Of a DNA stretch of 32,000 nt, positions 28,216 through 32,000 are shown one piece after another. This DNA is from an uncultured Actinomycetota bacterium (GTDB lineage: Bacteria > Actinomycetota > Actinomycetes > Actinomycetales > Kineosporiaceae): NCBI GenBank assembly GCA_963825645.1, contig CAWGTT010000002.1:831123-863122 (forward strand), given 5' to 3'. Position 1 is the stretch's first letter. Each line of letters opens with the position of its first letter. The translations under genes were made by a program, and so were the position numbers. The notes beneath the pieces were generated by a model, which saw nothing but the letters and a program-made list of their open reading frames with translations, made no database searches and was not told the DNA's origin.

Positions 28216-28746
28216 GTGACCGTTCGCGATGTGGTGAACGTCCTGATCATCGGACCGTTCCTCGGGATCCTCCTGGTGTCCCCGATCCTGGTTCCTGGCC
28301 TGCTGATCTGGGCGATCCGGAAGGTCCGCGCCGACCGGCGCGTTACCGACGCGACGGCACGATGGCGGCAGACGAGTGGCCGCATCATCGTCAGCGAGGT
28401 GCACCGCTCGCCGTCGTCCGGCCGTAGGACAGAGGACACGGGCTGGCCGCAGGCCCGGATCGAGTACACCTACCAGCTAGGTCCGGACGAGTATCGCGGC
28501 ACCCAAGTTGCACTGGTGCCGTTGGCTCGCAAGGACGCGCGCGCCCACCTGCACGCCGTCCAGCGCTACCGGCCGGGGCAGTCGGTCACCGTGTACTACG
28601 ACCCGAGCAGTCCGCTCCGAAGCGCGCTGGAGCTCACTGGCAACCCTCCGGACGCCGACAGCCTGGCCTGGCTGAGCCTGCTAGCCGCCGTCGCGGCACT
28701 GATGGGCGCCGTGGGCGTCCTCGCCTATCGCCTGGCGAACCCGTAG
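28216..28746 (+). CDS. DUF3592 domain-containing membrane protein
   Basis: N-terminal TM helix, then the DUF3592 pattern (W..TSGRI..., ARIEYTYQLGPDEYRG, YRPGQSVTVYYDPSSP) and a C-terminal TM helix. The GTG start at 28216 has a weak SD, so the start is uncertain. Confidence 0.7.
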   Translation: MTVRDVVNVLIIGPFLGILLVSPILVPGLLIWAIRKVRADRRVTDATARWRQTSGRIIVSEVHRSPSSGRRTEDTGWPQARIEYTYQLGPDEYRGTQVALVPLARKDARAHLHAVQRYRPGQSVTVYYDPSSPLRSALELTGNPPDADSLAWLSLLAAVAALMGAVGVLAYRLANP

Positions 28747-28760
28747 ATCGCGACGCCGGC

Positions 28761-28818
28761 ACGGGCAGGGCGTGACGTTATGCTCGCCAGACGGGCACGG
28801 CGTGACGTTGTGCCCGTC
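28761..28818. repeat. Repeat family A, two units in the opposite orientation; the second forms a terminator-like hairpin
   Basis: The reverse complement of 28797-28818 is GACGGGCACAACGTCACGCCGT, identical to 26955-26976. The reverse complement of 28791-28818 differs at 1 of 28 positions from 26988-27015. The first unit (28761-28785) is more diverged. GACGGGCAC-N11-GTGCCCGTC (28790-28818) is followed by TTTGG. Lies between convergent genes ending at 28746 and 28829. Confidence 0.9.
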
Positions 28819-28828
28819 TTTGGTGAGC

Positions 28829-29755
28829 TCAACCGGTAACGGTGGCCGGATCGCAGTTGCTGCCGCAGACCACCACCACGACGCGCTCACCCGGCTCCGG
28901 CCGGTACGCACCGGTGCGCACCGCTGCATAGGCGGCCGCGCCACCGGGCTCGACGACCAGACGCAGGTCGGCCCAGAGCGCCCGCTGCGCCTGCCGGATG
29001 TCGTCGTCGCTGACGAGCACCGCGTCGTCCACCACGTGCCGGACGACGGACCACGGCACGGCGCCCAGCCGCCGCGCCCCGAGAGAGTCCGCGGCCACCC
29101 CGCCGACCGGCACGTCGACCCGCTCCCCCGCCCTCAGCGCGGCCCGGAGGCATTGGGATCCCTCGGGTTCCACGCTGACGACGCGCACCCGCCGGCCGAA
29201 CCAGGCTGCCTGGCCGGCGATGAACCCGCCGCCTCCGGCCGCCACCACCAGGGTGTCGAACCCGTCGAGCTGGCTGTCGAGCTCACGGCCCATCGTTCCC
29301 TGGCCGGCCACCGTCGCGGGGTGGTCGAACGGGTGCACCATCATCGCGCCGGTCACCGCCTGCCGGGCGTCGGCGGCGGCCTGGGCGTCGTCGTAGAACC
29401 CCTCGACGACCCTGACCGTCGCGCCGTACCGCTCGATCAGCGAGCGCTTGATCCCCGGCGAGGTCGACGGCATGAACACCTCGGCACGAAGGCCCAACCG
29501 GCCGGCGACGTAGGAGATCGCGGCGCCGTGGTTGCCACCACTGGCGGTGATCACCCCGGCATCGGGCAGCCGCGCCTGCGACAGCACGCGGTTGACGGCG
29601 CCGCGCGGCTTGAACGACCCGGCATGCTGGAGCAGCTCCAGCTTGAGAACCAGACCGTCGTGCTCGATCAGCGGAGTGCGCCGCACATACGAGGTGATCC
29701 GCTCGGCCGCCCGCTCGACGTCGTCCGGGGTCACTGCCGGGGCCTGGTCGCTCAT
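28829..29755 (-). CDS. PLP-dependent threonine/serine dehydratase (fold-type II)
   Basis: PLP-lysine block HAGSFKPRGA, SGGNHGAAISY, glycine loop AAGGGGFIAG. 308 aa with no ACT regulatory domain. Confidence 0.85.
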   Translation of the reverse strand: MSDQAPAVTPDDVERAAERITSYVRRTPLIEHDGLVLKLELLQHAGSFKPRGAVNRVLSQARLPDAGVITASGGNHGAAISYVAGRLGLRAEVFMPSTSPGIKRSLIERYGATVRVVEGFYDDAQAAADARQAVTGAMMVHPFDHPATVAGQGTMGRELDSQLDGFDTLVVAAGGGGFIAGQAAWFGRRVRVVSVEPEGSQCLRAALRAGERVDVPVGGVAADSLGARRLGAVPWSVVRHVVDDAVLVSDDDIRQAQRALWADLRLVVEPGGAAAYAAVRTGAYRPEPGERVVVVVCGSNCDPATVTG

Positions 29756-29762
29756 GAGGTCA

Positions 29763-31250
29763 TCATGGCGGCGAGGTGCCAGGAGTCCACCGGGCCGATG
29801 CGCCCTGAGCGAGGTTCTCGATCTCCTCGACGAGCCAGCCGGCGAGCAGGTCGACGTCCGGCACGAGCTCGCGGTCTGCGGTCACCCCTACGTGCAACCC
29901 GTCGAGGTAGGACAGCACGGTGATGTTGAGACCCTGCCCGTCCGCCACGGCCGAGACCGGGTAGCTGGCGAGCACCCGGTGACCGGCCAGGTAGAGCGGA
30001 ACCGACGGCCCGGGCACGTTGGACACGATCAGGTTGAACAGGCCCGCGCGCTCGAGCACCCGCAGCCGGGCATTGGCCCGCACCGTGAGGTCGAGGAGCG
30101 GGGGAAGCGCGACCTGGAAGACGTCGGCGAGCAGGTTCGCCGGGATCGCCCGGTGGTGGCCCTTGGCCAGCAGCGTCGCCCGGTGCACGACCCGCAGCCG
30201 GTCGACCGGGTCCTCCAGGTCGGTCGGCAGCGTCGCGAGCATGACCGAGACACGGTTGCCGAACGTCCCGTCGCCCCTCTTGACACCCCGCGCCGTCGGG
30301 CTGCGCACGGACACGGGAACAGCCACGATGAGCGGGGAGTCCGGCAGCGCATCGTGCCGGGCGAGCCAACGCCGCAACGCGCCGGCGCACGCGGCCAGCA
30401 CGACGTCGTTGACGGTCATGCCCGCTGCGGTCTTGACAGCCTGGACGACGTCGAGTGGCACCGTCCGGAGCGCCAGCCTCCGGTGCGCGGAGACGTTGCG
30501 GTTGAACGGGGTTGCCGGAGCCCGGCCGGGGACCCGCACAGGCGGCTCACCGTCGTCGCCGTCCCGGCCGTCGGCCATCCTCCCGGCACCGGGCAGCCGC
30601 GCACCGACGAGCGTGAGCAGGCTCGGCGCCGACCGGACGACGTCCGCACCGAGCCGTGCGAGGCGGGACGGCTGCCCGGCGAGCGAGACGACGGCGCGAC
30701 CGAGCAGCTCCACCGGGCCTGGCTCTGTGTCAGCTGTCCACCGCGGAGACGGCGGCACCAGGCGGCCGTCGGGAGACGCGTCGAACAGCGCGGCCGAGAT
30801 CTCCTGACCGGCCATGCCGTCGATCATCGCGTGGTGCAGCTTGGCGTAGAGCGCGCTACGGCCGCCCTCGAGGCCGTGGATCAGATGGAGCTCCCACAGC
30901 GGGCGGGACCGGTCGAGCGCACGGGAGTGGATCCGCGCGACCAGAGCGGCGAGCTGGCGCAGCGTGCCAGGCCGGGGAAGGGTGCGCTCGCGGACGTGGT
31001 GGTCCAGATCGACGGCCGGGTCCTGCAGCCAGTACGGCCGGCCGAGCCCGAGCGGCACCTCCACCACCCGCCGGCGCATGGGCGGCACGAGGTGGATGCG
31101 CTGCGCGACGACATCTAGCAGCCGGTCGCGAGTCAGCTCGCGCCCGTCGGGCCCGATCGCCTCGAACACCTGGATGCCGCCCACGTGCCCGGTGGTGTGG
31201 TGTGAGTCGAGCGCGAGGAAGGCGGCGTCCAGCCCCGACAGCTGCTCCAT
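29763..31250 (-). CDS. Wax ester synthase/diacylglycerol acyltransferase (WS/DGAT)
   Basis: Catalytic HHAMIDGMAG (HHxxxDG). N-terminal LSGLDAAFLALD and a C-terminal NVPGP motif. Start preferred at ATG 31250 (MEQLSGLDAAF). ATG 31310 is an alternative. Confidence 0.85.
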   Translation of the reverse strand: MEQLSGLDAAFLALDSHHTTGHVGGIQVFEAIGPDGRELTRDRLLDVVAQRIHLVPPMRRRVVEVPLGLGRPYWLQDPAVDLDHHVRERTLPRPGTLRQLAALVARIHSRALDRSRPLWELHLIHGLEGGRSALYAKLHHAMIDGMAGQEISAALFDASPDGRLVPPSPRWTADTEPGPVELLGRAVVSLAGQPSRLARLGADVVRSAPSLLTLVGARLPGAGRMADGRDGDDGEPPVRVPGRAPATPFNRNVSAHRRLALRTVPLDVVQAVKTAAGMTVNDVVLAACAGALRRWLARHDALPDSPLIVAVPVSVRSPTARGVKRGDGTFGNRVSVMLATLPTDLEDPVDRLRVVHRATLLAKGHHRAIPANLLADVFQVALPPLLDLTVRANARLRVLERAGLFNLIVSNVPGPSVPLYLAGHRVLASYPVSAVADGQGLNITVLSYLDGLHVGVTADRELVPDVDLLAGWLVEEIENLAQGASARWTPGTSPP

Positions 31251-31358
31251 GACAACCGAACGTACGTCGGCACGGGGCCCACGACGAGCCGGAGTCCATA
31301 CCTGACCCATGGCACACCCCGAGAATCCGCGCCGCCGGCCGGCGCAGGACACCGAAGG

Positions 31359-32000
31359 TCAGTCCCGCGGGTGCCACCAGCGCGGGCGCTGGACCTCAGG
31401 GTCATCCTCGTAGCCCGCGGTGAGCCCATGCACCAGAACCGGCTCCGCCTCCACGGTGGCCATCCGTTCCTCCGGCCCTTCCGATGCTGCGCTGTCATCA
31501 CTCACCGCACCGGGCCGCAGCGCCTTCGCCGCGCGCACCCCCTGGGAGATGCTGTGCCACATCCGGTTCGGACCCAGCTGCTCCTCGAAGCCCGCCCGGC
31601 GCAACACCCGGCGGACCGCGAAGAACACCCGCACCAGCATCAGATCGACCCCGCGCTTGCGCAGGTCGTCCAGCAGGCCGGCGAGCATGTCGGCGCTCGT
31701 GCTGTCGATCTGGTTGGTGCTTTCGAGGTCGAGAAGCACCATCCAGGTGTCCGGGTTCTGCTCGACCGCCGACACCACCCGGTCGCGCACCTGGGCGGCG
31801 TTCACCCAGAACAACGGGGAGTCCAGCCGCAGGACGCACAGGCCCGGCACCGGGCGCCGCTCGGGGTGCTGCCGCAGCGACCCCCAGGCCGCCTTCTCGT
31901 GCGGCACCTTCCCCATCACCTCGATGTCCATCCGGCTCGATCGGTAGATCACCCCGAGCACGGACAGCGCGACCGCCGCTAGCAGTCCGTACAGGACGCC
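31359..32000 (-). CDS. SulP-family anion permease, C-terminal part with STAS domain (5' end outside window)
   Basis: The frame is open to the window edge (..GVLYGLLAAVALSVLGVIY..). STAS pattern is VLRLDSPLFWVNAAQVRDRV...VLLDLESTNQIDSTSADMLAGLLDDLRKRGVDLMLV. Confidence 0.8.
   Translation of the reverse strand, partial: GVLYGLLAAVALSVLGVIYRSSRMDIEVMGKVPHEKAAWGSLRQHPERRPVPGLCVLRLDSPLFWVNAAQVRDRVVSAVEQNPDTWMVLLDLESTNQIDSTSADMLAGLLDDLRKRGVDLMLVRVFFAVRRVLRRAGFEEQLGPNRMWHSISQGVRAAKALRPGAVSDDSAASEGPEERMATVEAEPVLVHGLTAGYEDDPEVQRPRWWHPRD

Noticed and set aside
26891-28818. Composite transposon or MITE-mobilised cassette
   Set aside because: I saw no transposase or integrase, no target-site duplication and no obvious compositional break. 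Both repeat sites coincide with convergent-gene gaps, where terminator-type repeats accumulate. The possibility is kept as an open finding but is not called a mobile element.

Overview
Very GC-rich chromosomal segment (by eye above 70% G+C, with G/C-dominated third codon positions), most likely from an actinobacterium. I support about 33 protein-coding genes on both strands. I recognised no rRNA or tRNA genes, CRISPR arrays, cas genes, integrases, transposases or phage genes.

Gene content, left to right:
- Tail of a membrane-protein gene, a long perfect hairpin, an MFS transporter, and a SWIM-finger/SNF2 helicase (HelZ-like).
- A minus-strand operon: a TusA-like/radical-SAM fusion followed by phnD-phnC-phnE(fused).
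- A divergent SAM methyltransferase, then DoxX plus a small membrane partner.
- A minus-strand run: dps, DUF3179, PIG-L deacetylase, MDR quinone oxidoreductase.
- A membrane HD-GYP phosphodiesterase with a long low-complexity tail, overlapping MOSC-rhodanese genes, and an NRDE-family protein.
- Long-form threonine synthase, a membrane-anchored thermonuclease, DUF1801, msrB-selO, and a CoA-binding protein.
- An intact narI preceded by a chimeric narG-fragment/narJ-tail pseudogene.
- FMN reductase, then a three-gene block (YdeI-like, unknown 3-TM protein, DUF3592).
- Ser/Thr dehydratase, WS/DGAT acyltransferase, and the STAS end of a SulP permease.

Most of this is ordinary accessory metabolism with a redox/sulfur-stress flavour. 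I did not find a convincing complete novel system. Five things deserve a second look:
1. The TusA-like/radical-SAM gene heading a PhnD-type importer operon.
2. A 28-33 bp repeat family, tandem on one side and inverted on the other, bracketing the three-gene block at 27.0-28.7 kb.
3. A second hairpin repeat family sharing an identical 17-mer at 18.9 kb and 28.1 kb.
4. The collapsed narGHJI operon.
5. Several unusually long perfect palindromes.

All functional calls rest on motif and family recognition by eye, not on database searches.
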